63,613 nt of DNA from a virus (lineage: Duplodnaviria; Caudoviricetes). Of this stretch, positions 18,124 through 28,533 are shown in pieces. Where the stretch lies: the IMG/VR virus record IMGVR_UViG_3300044638_006592, positions 1 through 63,613 of that record. The stretch is one strand, 5' to 3'. The position numbers and the translations under genes were made by a program. Each line of letters opens with the position of its first letter. The first letter of the stretch is position 1. Below the pieces are notes generated by a model, which searched no databases, had not been told where the DNA came from, and saw only the letters and a list, made by a program, of their open reading frames with translations.

Positions 18124-19038
18124 ATGATTTCATGGATAGGTGGTAAAAATAGAATGGCTGAATGGATTGATAGATTCATTCCAAAGGACATAGAGACATT
18201 TGTCGAACCGTTCAGTGGTATGATGTGGGTCTTTTTTAAGATGGATTTGGATAAATATCCGAATTTAAAAACAGTAGTTTATAATGATTTTAATGGGTTA
18301 AATTCTAATTTATTTAGTTGTTCAAAACAATATGATAGATTGTGGGATGAACTATCTTTATATCCTTGTCAACAGGTTGGAGTAGAAAATACACCGCCAG
18401 AATATAGAGAAATGTTTAACCAATATCAAAAAGAAATCTTTAGTCCTGAATTAATTATTACAGATGAAAATAAATTTGAAATTGCTTGTAAGTATGTTTA
18501 TGTGTTAACTCAAGTTTTTTCAGGTTCAAAACCTGAAACATCAAAATATACTGATTACAAAGGTAAATATCGTTGTAAAGTTTTGATTTTTATGGATAAG
18601 TTAAAAAATCCTGAATACAGAAAACACTTTGATAAAATTACTTTTGTTGAAAACATGGATTTTGAGGATGTAATAAAGAAATATGATGGGGATACTACTT
18701 TTTTATATATTGACGCACCTTATTGGAAAACAGAATCATATTATTCTAATCACGATTTTGATAGGAACGACCATGAAAGATTGGCAAATGTATTAAAAGA
18801 CGTAAAATCCAACTTCGCAATGTCATACTACGATTTTCCATTACTACGTCAGTGGTTTCCAACATATCAATATAAATGGGAAAAGAAAGAGTTTGCAAAA
18901 GCTGCGGCGGCAAAGAAAGGTGTAACACAAAATATGGGTGAAGAATTATTAATTATGAACTACACGTTAAACGAAGAAAAATCTGCGGTAAAGATTCCCC
19001 AACTTAAACGTGGTGAACAACTTTCATTGTTCAATTAA
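18124..19038 (+). CDS. DNA adenine methyltransferase (Dam/D12 class)
   Basis: WIGGKNR, FVEPFSG, VVYNDFN, catalytic-motif variant YIDAPY. Confidence 0.85.
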   Translation: MISWIGGKNRMAEWIDRFIPKDIETFVEPFSGMMWVFFKMDLDKYPNLKTVVYNDFNGLNSNLFSCSKQYDRLWDELSLYPCQQVGVENTPPEYREMFNQYQKEIFSPELIITDENKFEIACKYVYVLTQVFSGSKPETSKYTDYKGKYRCKVLIFMDKLKNPEYRKHFDKITFVENMDFEDVIKKYDGDTTFLYIDAPYWKTESYYSNHDFDRNDHERLANVLKDVKSNFAMSYYDFPLLRQWFPTYQYKWEKKEFAKAAAAKKGVTQNMGEELLIMNYTLNEEKSAVKIPQLKRGEQLSLFN

Positions 19039-19088
19039 TTTTTGTATATTTGCATCTTTCGCAATATTTATAAAGAAAAATAGTAGAA

Positions 19089-20459
19089 ATGAAGATTACA
19101 TCGTTATTATCTAATTTGATTGTTGAACAATCTAGATTCCAAGTATTATACGACAAGATGGTTAAACCTCAGGGAACACCTGAACCTGGTGAAAGAAAGC
19201 CTAAAGGTTTAATGGATTTTGAAACATTAAAAGCAATAATTCTTGCTGACCCTACGACAAGAGTTCCTGAAGGAAAGGACATTGACACATTAACTCTTAA
19301 AGATATGGAGTCAGTTAAGGTTGGTAGTTACACACAATGGTTATTAAAGAATTTTATTAAACCTAATGTGGAAGTGAGTGGTGGTGTTACTGACCCCAAT
19401 TCTCCGGCGGTTAAATCGGCAATTAAAGAGTATCAGAGATTATTTTTGGAGGATTTGTATAAGGTTACGGATGATTTAAGAAAGTTTGAGAGAGCGAAGC
19501 CATATCTTCCACAGAATCAGAGGGACATTAATAAATTTACAATTAATTCTTTATTTGAAACTTTAAAAGATTTTCAGATACCTGAAAAGAAGAAGGCGGA
19601 TATTGAGAAGAAGGAAGCTAAGAAATCAAGAGAGGGTTTTAATCACGCTGGTGGTGAGATTATTTTTGAGGGTAGTGATTGGACGGTTATTCGTATTTCT
19701 GACCAAGGTGCGATTGGTAAGGATGCTGCGATATATTATGGAGGTTTCCATGAACATGACAAGGGAGAATCAAGGTGGTGTACATCATCACCTGGTTTAA
19801 CATATTTTAATGGATACATTAAAGATGGTCCTTTGTATGTTATCTTCCCAAATGATGATAAGGGACAAGTTGGTCAGAAGACTGGTTTGCCTAAGGAGAG
19901 ATATCAATTCCATTTCCCATCTAATCAATATATGGATAGAGATGACAGACAGATTAATTTGGTTGACACATTAAACGGAAAGATGTCTGAATTGAAGGAG
20001 ATATTCAAACCTGAGTTTGCCAAGGGATTGGTTACGAAGGGTGGAGATAAGGTTGAAATCAACTATCCTGATAGTTCGGCTGGTAAGTTCGTTGCATTAT
20101 ATGGTTTTGATGATTTATTTGAATCATTACCTGACAATATCCAACATTTGTTGATTAATAACAAATCAAAAGAGGATATTGCTCTTGTTGTACCAGAATC
20201 TATTGGTAGATTTAAGAGTCTTCAAGCTTTATTGTTACAGAATATTGTAAAATCAATTCCTGATAATGTTGGTGAATTGAAGAATTTGAATTTCATTGCA
20301 TTACCTGACAATAAAGAATTGGTTGATATCCCTGAAAGTATTGCTGACTTGCCTAATTTGGCTTTCGTTAACTTGAAAGGTTCTCCAAAGGTTAAGATTC
20401 CGGTAAAATTGAAGGAGAAGTTATCCGATGAGGGTTCAGGATTTTACTATGTGAGTTAA
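19089..20459 (+). CDS. Phage protein with WCT motif domain and C-terminal leucine-rich repeats
   Basis: SRWCTS...YQFHF; VPESIGRFKSLQAL / IPDNVGELKNLNFI / IPESIADLPNLAFV. Confidence 0.7.
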   Translation: MKITSLLSNLIVEQSRFQVLYDKMVKPQGTPEPGERKPKGLMDFETLKAIILADPTTRVPEGKDIDTLTLKDMESVKVGSYTQWLLKNFIKPNVEVSGGVTDPNSPAVKSAIKEYQRLFLEDLYKVTDDLRKFERAKPYLPQNQRDINKFTINSLFETLKDFQIPEKKKADIEKKEAKKSREGFNHAGGEIIFEGSDWTVIRISDQGAIGKDAAIYYGGFHEHDKGESRWCTSSPGLTYFNGYIKDGPLYVIFPNDDKGQVGQKTGLPKERYQFHFPSNQYMDRDDRQINLVDTLNGKMSELKEIFKPEFAKGLVTKGGDKVEINYPDSSAGKFVALYGFDDLFESLPDNIQHLLINNKSKEDIALVVPESIGRFKSLQALLLQNIVKSIPDNVGELKNLNFIALPDNKELVDIPESIADLPNLAFVNLKGSPKVKIPVKLKEKLSDEGSGFYYVS

Positions 20460-20492
20460 TTTTATTATTATTTAATCATAAAATACATTTTT

Positions 20493-20780
20493 ATGAAAAA
20501 CATTGACGTTGATATCTATATGACACAACTTAAAGGGTTTTTCGAAAAAAACCCCAATAGTTTGGTTGAACTTATTGGTAATATGAATCGTGATGATTTC
20601 TTCAATAAGGTTGAGGAACAATGTTATAAAAATGCTAATGATGGTGATGAGATATCTCTTACACAGAAACAGCTCATTGATATTGTTGTCACAATGAATA
20701 ATCCTGATGTTAAAAATGTTAAAGAAAAGGTATCTGGTATATTTCAGAAAACAAGATTTGGATTAATTTCTTTAAATTAA
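20493..20780 (+). CDS. Hypothetical protein
   Basis: 95 aa ORF. Confidence 0.55.
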   Translation: MKNIDVDIYMTQLKGFFEKNPNSLVELIGNMNRDDFFNKVEEQCYKNANDGDEISLTQKQLIDIVVTMNNPDVKNVKEKVSGIFQKTRFGLISLN

Positions 20781-20831
20781 TTTTGTAATTTCAATTTTTT
20801 TTTGTATCTTTGTTGTCTAAATAAATAAACT

Positions 20832-21584
20832 ATGATGACAATTCAAGAAATTCAGGCCGTTGCTCCTTCGGTATTTGCAACACAACCATCTTCAAAAATG
20901 TCAAACAGGTATCAATTTGTTCCGACATTTGAAATCATGGAAAATTTCCAACGTGAGGGATGGAATCTCTCTTCTGTAAAACAAAATGGTAGGGGTATCC
21001 ATGATGTCCATGAACTTCGATTCCGAAATTCTGAATTGCCAAAGGTGGGTGATACATTGGTTGAAGCAATCATTCGAAATTCTCATAATGGGTTGGCGAC
21101 CTTTTCCGTAAGTGCTGGTCTTCATCGATTGGTATGTAGCAATGGTTTGACGGTACCAACATCAATTGCTGAGTCTTTCAACATCCGTCACAAGAGTTTT
21201 CAATATGATGATGTGAAACGATTGACCGAGAGTTTTGCTTCCCGATTACCTTTGATTCAAGGTTCTGTTGACAAGATGATGTCTCGTGAATTGAATATGG
21301 ATGAGAAGATTGAATTTGTTCAACGAGCAAATATGGCAAAATGGGTTATGGGTTCTGTTCCATCCACATTGAAAATTGAGGATATCCTTGAACCAAAACG
21401 AGAAGGTGATGAGGGAGATAGTCTATGGAAAGTATTCAACGTTGTTCAAGAGAAGTTTATTCGAGGTGGAGTTCAATATACCACACCAAGGGGTCGTAAG
21501 TCTTCAATTCGTGGGTTGAAAAACATAATGGCGGTTAACAAGATGAACACCAAGTTGTGGGAGATTGCTGAAGAAATGTGTTAA
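20832..21584 (+). CDS. DUF932/DUF945 family protein
   Basis: APSVFA...SNRYQFVPT...NSHNG...GLHRLVCSNGL...LWKVFNVVQE. Confidence 0.85.
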   Translation: MMTIQEIQAVAPSVFATQPSSKMSNRYQFVPTFEIMENFQREGWNLSSVKQNGRGIHDVHELRFRNSELPKVGDTLVEAIIRNSHNGLATFSVSAGLHRLVCSNGLTVPTSIAESFNIRHKSFQYDDVKRLTESFASRLPLIQGSVDKMMSRELNMDEKIEFVQRANMAKWVMGSVPSTLKIEDILEPKREGDEGDSLWKVFNVVQEKFIRGGVQYTTPRGRKSSIRGLKNIMAVNKMNTKLWEIAEEMC

Positions 21585-21605
21585 TTTAAAATAAACATTT
21601 GGGGG

Positions 21606-23360
21606 GTGGAATCCCCCCTTTTTTTAATTATGGAAGATTTGTATAAGTTTGTTGAAAATCGATATATTGTTTGGGAGTATGCGGATTCATGTCCATTTAT
21701 TCCTGTCCAATCAAAGGAAGTTTGTGAAAATGAGGGACCAGTTCCTGTTATAGAGGTTAGAGTAAAACCAACTGAAAGGTGGGACTTGAAGGATGATGGT
21801 ATGTATCATGGGGAGGAGTGTTATGTAAAAAACTATGGTAATTTATTGGCAACTGTTAACCATAGTAGAATAACTATTGTTGTGGGTAGAAAAGATGATA
21901 AAGTTAGTATTAAGATTTTTCAATATATAAGAATTAGAAATAGAGGTCGGAGATTTTTTAAAGTAACTACCAAAGTAGATTATGTTAGTTACAATTTAAA
22001 AACTCATTCTTTGTATTCTGGTCATATATCAAATTACCATAAGAAAAGGAAATTTTCAAAAGCAGTAAGACAAAATTGTTATGAGTTGAACCCCCTAAAT
22101 ATGGTTTCCTCCTTGATAAGGAGTTTATTGACAACATCATTTCATAGTGAACCTGAAAAGATTGCTGAGAGAACTGAAGTTGTTGATAACGTATTTAAAG
22201 TTTTCTTTAAGAACATACCAGGTTCTGAGAAATATAAAAATCTTGATAATACCCAATGTTTGTATGCTGTTAGTTGTGAGAATAGGGGTATAAAACTTCC
22301 AAATAATTGGAATGTGTTTTCTTATGTACATCCTCAACCTAAAATGAAAGATTTGAGAAAGCATCAGATGAAATATATGGATGCTTTAATGACCATTTTT
22401 AAACTGAAGGGGGATAAGATAAAGAAAGTATTGCATAGTTTGGATACGTTTAATCATTTGGAGTTATATCGTTGGTGTGAAAAGTTTTTTGGTGAGAGTT
22501 TTATGTTGGGACAATCTGATGAATTTTTAAAAAAGGTTTTTCAATCCAATCATGGTGTAAATTACAACTTTGATTTTTCAAAGTTTTCAAAATCGGAAAA
22601 GAAAAACGTATTTTGTATTTTCCAACAAATGTTGGATGGTCATATTAATGCAAATACATTCTTTGACCATTTAAGTATGAAGTCTAGAATATCGATATTT
22701 GAAGATATTAAATGGAAATCAAAAAATTATCTTCAATTCAGAGATGAACATATGGAATTTACTGAACGTTTGGATTTCTATACCAAAGGTGAATATAAAA
22801 GGACTTATCCTAAAAAATTTGTTGAAAAAATTCAAGAAAACATTTTGGGTGAGTATTATCCTGTTCTGTTGACTGATTCATTGAGTTATAATTTGGAATC
22901 ATTTAACCAATCAAATTGTGTTAAGGGTTATGTTAATAAAGAGAGTTCCCTAATAATTTCATTGAGAAAGGGTGATTCTGAATCAAAAGAACGGGCGACT
23001 ATTGAATATAATATTTCTAAGTATTATCATTCTGTGGTTATTAAAAGGGTTCAAACTTTGGGTAGATTCAACTATCCTTTGACTTCAGATTGGAATGAGG
23101 TGGTTCAACTATTGGATGAAAGGGTTAATGACTTGGTTAATGATGGGGTTTTTGATGGTATCTATGAATGTGAGTATAAGGTTGGATATACCACTGCAAA
23201 AACAAAAACAATATTTGAAGACTGTAAATGGATGCAACCTCATGAAAAAATATTAAAGTGGGAAAATTCTGACTTTGGTAAAATATCTGTTAATTTTAGG
23301 GTTGGAAATATTCTTGTACCAGAAATAGAACCAATGGAAATAATTCCAATTGAATTTTAA
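21606..23360 (+). CDS. PcfJ-domain-like protein
   Basis: C-terminal ESFNQSNCVKGY...ISLR...RATIEY...VQTLGRFN; start probably MEDLYK near 21630. Confidence 0.65.
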   Translation: MESPLFLIMEDLYKFVENRYIVWEYADSCPFIPVQSKEVCENEGPVPVIEVRVKPTERWDLKDDGMYHGEECYVKNYGNLLATVNHSRITIVVGRKDDKVSIKIFQYIRIRNRGRRFFKVTTKVDYVSYNLKTHSLYSGHISNYHKKRKFSKAVRQNCYELNPLNMVSSLIRSLLTTSFHSEPEKIAERTEVVDNVFKVFFKNIPGSEKYKNLDNTQCLYAVSCENRGIKLPNNWNVFSYVHPQPKMKDLRKHQMKYMDALMTIFKLKGDKIKKVLHSLDTFNHLELYRWCEKFFGESFMLGQSDEFLKKVFQSNHGVNYNFDFSKFSKSEKKNVFCIFQQMLDGHINANTFFDHLSMKSRISIFEDIKWKSKNYLQFRDEHMEFTERLDFYTKGEYKRTYPKKFVEKIQENILGEYYPVLLTDSLSYNLESFNQSNCVKGYVNKESSLIISLRKGDSESKERATIEYNISKYYHSVVIKRVQTLGRFNYPLTSDWNEVVQLLDERVNDLVNDGVFDGIYECEYKVGYTTAKTKTIFEDCKWMQPHEKILKWENSDFGKISVNFRVGNILVPEIEPMEIIPIEF

Positions 23361-23369
23361 AAACTAATT

Positions 23370-23735
23370 ATGGCAAAAATACCAAAACATTGTATTAAAA
23401 AATTTAAGGAACATTATACTTCTTATCCGAGTATATTATCTATACCTGATTTGAATATAAATGATGATATAAATAAGTTCTTTTCAAAAAGTAGAATTGT
23501 ATGGAGAGAGGAACATATTGATTCGGATGGTGTTATTAACACAACACATAAATTGATTGATTATGATTCATCTGGTGTAATGGTTTTTATTTCTAAATCT
23601 CCAACTATTTATAATACTGGAAATGTTTATATATTAACAACTGAGGCACGAATGGACGTTGCAAAATTAACTATATCAAGATTAAATAAAATAAAAAATG
23701 GAAATAACAGCGGAACAACTAAGAGAGAAAATTAA
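23370..23735 (+). CDS. Hypothetical protein
   Basis: 121 aa ORF. Confidence 0.5.
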   Translation: MAKIPKHCIKKFKEHYTSYPSILSIPDLNINDDINKFFSKSRIVWREEHIDSDGVINTTHKLIDYDSSGVMVFISKSPTIYNTGNVYILTTEARMDVAKLTISRLNKIKNGNNSGTTKREN

Positions 23736-24021
23736 AAATGGTGATAAAATTATTGTGGATTTCTACACGTCTTGGTGTGGACCCTGTAAAATGATGAAAC
23801 CAATATTTGAAAAGGTTGCATCAGAAATTAATGAACAGGAAACTGGTGTCAAATTATATACCTTTAATGCTGAAAGTGATTCTAGTTTATCAGTAGAATT
23901 GGGAATCAGGTCTGTACCTACAATTAAATCATTTAATGGTGGTAGTGAAGTATATAGTAGGTCAGGTATTCATGGTGAATTACAAATAAAAGATTTGTCA
24001 AAACAACTTTTAAATGGATAA
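23698..24021 (+). CDS. trxA: Thioredoxin
   Basis: VDFYTSWCGPCKMM; IRSVPT cis-Pro. Confidence 0.95.
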   Translation: MEITAEQLREKIKNGDKIIVDFYTSWCGPCKMMKPIFEKVASEINEQETGVKLYTFNAESDSSLSVELGIRSVPTIKSFNGGSEVYSRSGIHGELQIKDLSKQLLNG

Positions 24022-24295
24022 ATTATTAGTTGTTTTCACAATGAAAGGATGTCCTTATTGTGAAATGATGAAGGAAAAGTTGGTTAATGAGAATATCGAA
24101 TTTTTCGAGAGAGACATTGACGAACATAAAGAAGAATATAATATTTTTGTTGAGGTTACCAAGAATGATTATGTTCCGTCCTTTATGATAATTGAGAATC
24201 CTAGTGGTAAACATGTATCACATTTATATGCACCTGAACGAGACTATAATGAAATAGATGAAGGCGTTCAAATAATTCGAGAACATTTTAAATAA
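24014..24295 (+). CDS. Glutaredoxin-like protein
   Basis: GCPYC and YVPSF motifs. Confidence 0.85.
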   Translation: MDKLLVVFTMKGCPYCEMMKEKLVNENIEFFERDIDEHKEEYNIFVEVTKNDYVPSFMIIENPSGKHVSHLYAPERDYNEIDEGVQIIREHFK

Positions 24296-24321
24296 AAAAA
24301 CCTCCTTTTAGGAGGTTTTTT
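24295..24321. terminator. Bidirectional Rho-independent terminator
   Basis: AAAAAA-CCTCC-TTTTA-GGAGG-TTTTTT between convergent genes. Confidence 0.8.
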
Positions 24322-24322
24322 G

Positions 24323-25162
24323 TTATATGATAATCATATCATTTATTTTGTCTCGAACCAACCAAGGTTTTTTACCAAAAGGTTCTGATAATTCAAGGGA
24401 TATATCGTAATTTGAAAGATATTCTTTTTCAAATTTGTTAAAATTAAAATCAAACACATCTAAAACCAAAGATTCAATCACCTTATTATCATACATTGAG
24501 TCGCAATTTATATTCAGTACAACTTCTTCATTATCTTCTCTTTCAGTTATTAAATCTATCTTAATGTGAATTTCATCTGTATTCAAAATATTAAAAAGAT
24601 GGTATGCGACATATTCACAATAGAATAATTCGGTAATACCTAAACTTTTGGAATGACCGTATGGAAACGATGAACTCACAGACAAATTTTGATTTTGGAT
24701 AAAGTAATCATCATTAATTGGGTTATTTTTATTTGAATTTATAATTAATCGATTATTGTATGAAATTGAATCTAAAAATCCTGAGAATTGATAACTACTT
24801 TGAGCAAAGTCAATTACTTTTGGATGGTAAATAGGTCTTGATGAATCATAAAACACAAAATGGTGTATACCATATTTACCAACACCATCATAATAATTAA
24901 TGATGTCAATAATATTAAAGTTCTTTATTTTATTCCATTCCAAATAATCTTTGTTTTCCTTAAAAAAACTTTCTTTAATTTCGGTTAAATTTGCAATAAC
25001 CTTACAAGTTGTCTCACCTTCAACAACGACAAAATTTTTAAAATCTGTGACCTTTATGTGTGTTCTGTACTGATTATTTGGGTCTATCTTATTTGAAATG
25101 TAAGTAGCAAACTTACTTACAAACCCAGTTTCTGAATTTTCTAAAATATAATCTATTTTCAT
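24323..25162 (-). CDS. Degenerate S-adenosylmethionine synthetase (MetK)-like protein
   Basis: FVVVEGETT, CEYVAYHL, LVLDVFDF and terminal FGKKPW recall the MetK scaffold; catalytic motifs absent. Confidence 0.45.
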   Translation of the reverse strand: MKIDYILENSETGFVSKFATYISNKIDPNNQYRTHIKVTDFKNFVVVEGETTCKVIANLTEIKESFFKENKDYLEWNKIKNFNIIDIINYYDGVGKYGIHHFVFYDSSRPIYHPKVIDFAQSSYQFSGFLDSISYNNRLIINSNKNNPINDDYFIQNQNLSVSSSFPYGHSKSLGITELFYCEYVAYHLFNILNTDEIHIKIDLITEREDNEEVVLNINCDSMYDNKVIESLVLDVFDFNFNKFEKEYLSNYDISLELSEPFGKKPWLVRDKINDMIII

Positions 25163-25259
25163 TCAATGTTTTTTTTTCAATTAATAAACAAAATTTTTAA
25201 TACTATAAATAGAAAAAGGGAGACTAGCTCCCTTTAATTTTGTTATTTGTGAAAAATAA

Positions 25260-25421
25260 TTATTTTCTTTTATAATAACGTTCAACAATCTTTTTAATTG
25301 AATCTTGAATTGCTGGATTTCCCTTTGGTGGTGAGGTTTGATTTGTACTTGTTTGAGGTACTTGATTTACCGCAGGTTTTGATTGTGCTCCGTTATTTTT
25401 GTTTTTACATCCACAGCCCAT
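25260..25421 (-). CDS. 53 aa microprotein starting MGCGCK (not in ORF track)
   Basis: Open frame MGCGCKNKNN...IKKIVERYYKRK; terminator-like hairpin downstream near 25215. Confidence 0.55.
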   Translation of the reverse strand: MGCGCKNKNNGAQSKPAVNQVPQTSTNQTSPPKGNPAIQDSIKKIVERYYKRK

Positions 25422-25534
25422 AATAAATTATTTTTTAAGTGGTTTATTTTTTGTATCTTTGTGTAATAATAAATATCATCAAGAAATGAATTATGTAAAG
25501 TTTTTTTTTAAAATAGTTAAGAAATCGTATATTT

Positions 25535-26926
25535 ATGAATATGAGTAGAAAAATACAGATTACCGAGAAAAAACTAATCAATTTTTTAAATAGATTGGTA
25601 GAACAGGAAGACGATTCTTATTATAAAATATCTCCACAAGAATATCTTGAATTACTTAAATTGTCAGGATATCATGGAAAAGGTATTACTAAACTACCAA
25701 TGTTTGGAGGTAAACCACTATGGATAACTGGTAATTTAGACGTTTCAGGTCTACCTGTTGATGACTTAGGTAATGTTGGATATATTGATGGTAGATTGGA
25801 TATTGGTAATACTAATGTTGGTGATGTATCTCAAATACAAGTTAAAGGATATATATCTGACTATGGTTCTAAAAGGGATAAATTAAGAAAAGCTGCGGAA
25901 TTAAGACAAAAAAGAGCAGAAGCTGCGGAAAGACGTGAAGAGAATGAATGGAGCCCAGAAAATACTGATGATGTTGGTATAAAAGCAAATGCTCTATTTG
26001 AGTGGTTAGTTGGTCAAAATGAATTATCTGGAATTTCTGATGAGGAAAAAGAAGAGTTGAAAAACTTGGAAGTTGAATTAGAACAATTAAAAGAACGATA
26101 CGATTCCGATGAACTTGAATCTGATGAAGTAAGTGAACTATATGATAAAATAACTGAAATTGAGGAAAGGATTGAAGAATTAACCGGTGAAAATGTAGAT
26201 GTTTATGATTTAGTTGAGAAAGGTAATCATTATGGATTGACTACTTTTGAAGTTTTAAGTTTAGGTGATAGGGAATATACTGTTGGTACAGAATCAGAAA
26301 TGGATGAAGCAGGTAAAAAATATACCGAGTCATATATTGATGATGTTGGAATTGAAGGATTTAATCGTAGTTTTATTGTAGATTATATTGATGAAGATGA
26401 ATTAAGGGAATATATTCATGATTTTTATTATGATGATGTTAGTCAAAATCCTGATGTATATTTTGACGAAGATGATTTTGAATTGACTGAGGAGCAAGAA
26501 AAAAGAAAAGAAGAATTGGAGAATTATATTTCCGAAATGGAAGATATGAAATCTAATTTGGAAGATGAACAAAAAGAAATTGAGGATAGTGATAGTGATG
26601 AATATTTATCAATTCAGGAAAAATTAGATGAAATCGATGAGAATATAGATACCGCTCAAGAAGAGTTGGATTCAATAGAACCTGATACAGAACCAACAGA
26701 TGCCATGATTGAGGATAAAGTTGAAGATTATGTTAATTATAGAATGAGAGACCCTCTTGCGTTCATTGAAGAATTTGGTTTAAAAATTGATAATCTTATC
26801 GATAAAGATGAATTGGCTCAAGGATTATTAAATACTGATGGATATGGTATTATGAATAGTTATGATGGTGAATATGACACGATAGAGTTCAATGATGAGA
26901 CTTATTATATTATGCGAGTTAATTAA
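25535..26926 (+). CDS. Highly acidic coiled-coil phage protein
   Basis: N-terminal KIQITE motif; D/E-rich; ATATTTAT upstream. Confidence 0.65.
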   Translation: MNMSRKIQITEKKLINFLNRLVEQEDDSYYKISPQEYLELLKLSGYHGKGITKLPMFGGKPLWITGNLDVSGLPVDDLGNVGYIDGRLDIGNTNVGDVSQIQVKGYISDYGSKRDKLRKAAELRQKRAEAAERREENEWSPENTDDVGIKANALFEWLVGQNELSGISDEEKEELKNLEVELEQLKERYDSDELESDEVSELYDKITEIEERIEELTGENVDVYDLVEKGNHYGLTTFEVLSLGDREYTVGTESEMDEAGKKYTESYIDDVGIEGFNRSFIVDYIDEDELREYIHDFYYDDVSQNPDVYFDEDDFELTEEQEKRKEELENYISEMEDMKSNLEDEQKEIEDSDSDEYLSIQEKLDEIDENIDTAQEELDSIEPDTEPTDAMIEDKVEDYVNYRMRDPLAFIEEFGLKIDNLIDKDELAQGLLNTDGYGIMNSYDGEYDTIEFNDETYYIMRVN

Positions 26927-26973
26927 ATTCTATTCATTTACTCAAAAAGTTTTCATATTATTATTTATAATGA

Positions 26974-27756
26974 ATGGAAACTAAAATCAAAAAAAATAAG
27001 GTAAAATTTGTTATGGATACCGATTGGGTATTCAAAGGTGTGTTAGATTCTGAAGAGAAAAGATATATTTTATTAAATTACTTTCAAAAACTAAATAAGA
27101 ATTTGGAAGAAATTAAGATATACCCAATGTTTACAGAGTTATCTCTTCATTTGGGTAATATACAAACTTTATTAACTAGGAATCAAATTTTATATACTGA
27201 TAAAAAATTCACATCAAATGATGAGGAATTAATGTTGACAGATTTAAAAGTTAAGGATGTTCCTGAAATGACAGATAAAGAATATGAGGAATATCAAAAA
27301 ATTTTAAAATATAGTCAACCAAAATTATTTGATTATTTCAATATAACAAAATCACTTTGGATGGTGGTTTATGAGAATATTAATGTTAATGTTAAGAAAA
27401 ATAAAAATAATTTATCAAGCAAAGGTGGATTCTTTTATTATGAATCAAGTGGTCAGGTTAGAATTTGGAGATATACCACAAGAAAAGTTGTTAAATTGAA
27501 GAACCAATACAAGACCAAGATTGATTTAATTTACGAGGGTGGGAAAAATGATTTGACAATATTAGAAATTATAAGTAAATTTTCATCAACATTTGAAACA
27601 AAAAACGAAAAAAAATATCCTGTTTTTGAAGTTACGTGCAAGGATATATTTCCGTTGAATGAAACATTAATACCAATCTTCAAAAGAAAAGTTTTGGCGT
27701 ATATTGCTCAAAGTGTTAAAAGTTTAAAATCATACGAAGAAAATGGGATTCAATAA
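26974..27756 (+). CDS. Hypothetical protein
   Basis: 260 aa ORF. Confidence 0.6.
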   Translation: METKIKKNKVKFVMDTDWVFKGVLDSEEKRYILLNYFQKLNKNLEEIKIYPMFTELSLHLGNIQTLLTRNQILYTDKKFTSNDEELMLTDLKVKDVPEMTDKEYEEYQKILKYSQPKLFDYFNITKSLWMVVYENINVNVKKNKNNLSSKGGFFYYESSGQVRIWRYTTRKVVKLKNQYKTKIDLIYEGGKNDLTILEIISKFSSTFETKNEKKYPVFEVTCKDIFPLNETLIPIFKRKVLAYIAQSVKSLKSYEENGIQ

Positions 27757-27937
27757 AAGATATGTTAGTGTTGAAACATTGTCACATATAATTGAAAATG
27801 AAAATGATTTAATAAGATATTTTAAAAATGCTGACGCATTAATTTTTATAGATGATATATCTCGTGAGGTATATAATCTAGTTGTGGAGAAAAAATCATA
27901 CAAACACTTAATAAAAAAAATCAAAACAAATGAGTAA
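27743..27937 (+). CDS. Hypothetical protein
   Basis: MGFNKRYV small operonic ORF. Confidence 0.5.
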   Translation: MGFNKRYVSVETLSHIIENENDLIRYFKNADALIFIDDISREVYNLVVEKKSYKHLIKKIKTNE

Positions 27938-28319
27938 AATTTTAGAATTTCCAATTGTAGAACCATTAAAATCAAACAGGTGGTTGATTAAATTACAAGG
28001 TATGGATATACATCCTTATCTATTCAGAAAATATAAAATGTTTAATGAGGGTGAAGATATTATATTAACAACTGAGTTTATGGAAACGGTTGTTCATTCT
28101 TATAACCCAAAAGATATTTTCAATATTAATAAAGTTACGATTGAATATCTTAGTCCTGTGGGTGATGTCGTTAATGGTTTATCATTTACACCAAAAGGAA
28201 TTAATTTTGAAAGAAAACATTCTTATTCTGACGATAACTTGATGATTACAAAATTAAGATTTATTATTGATGCAAATACATTAACACTTTTATTTAAAAC
28301 TGAAGAAAATGGAGAATAA
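27930..28319 (+). CDS. Possible divergent tail-tube (gp19-like) paralog
   Basis: EPLKSNRWLI and EYLSPVGDVV resemble tube-protein motifs. Confidence 0.4.
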   Translation: MSKILEFPIVEPLKSNRWLIKLQGMDIHPYLFRKYKMFNEGEDIILTTEFMETVVHSYNPKDIFNINKVTIEYLSPVGDVVNGLSFTPKGINFERKHSYSDDNLMITKLRFIIDANTLTLLFKTEENGE

Positions 28320-28533
28320 AGAACATGTAAATCATCCAGAACATTATGGTGGGGCGGGAAATCTTTATGAAGCGATAAAAGTTATTGACGCTTGGGACTT
28401 AGGGTTTTGTTTAGGTAATACGGTTAAGTACATATCAAGAGCCGGTAAAAAAGACCCTAAGAAAGAACTAGAAGACCTTAAAAAGGCTCTTTGGTATTTG
28501 AATCATCACATTGAAAAGTTGGAAGGTAAATGA
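28309..28533 (+). CDS. DUF3310 (SaV / T7 gp1.7-like) protein
   Basis: VNHPEHY...GFCLGNTVKYISRAGKK...EDLKKALWYL. Confidence 0.9.
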   Translation: MENKEHVNHPEHYGGAGNLYEAIKVIDAWDLGFCLGNTVKYISRAGKKDPKKELEDLKKALWYLNHHIEKLEGK

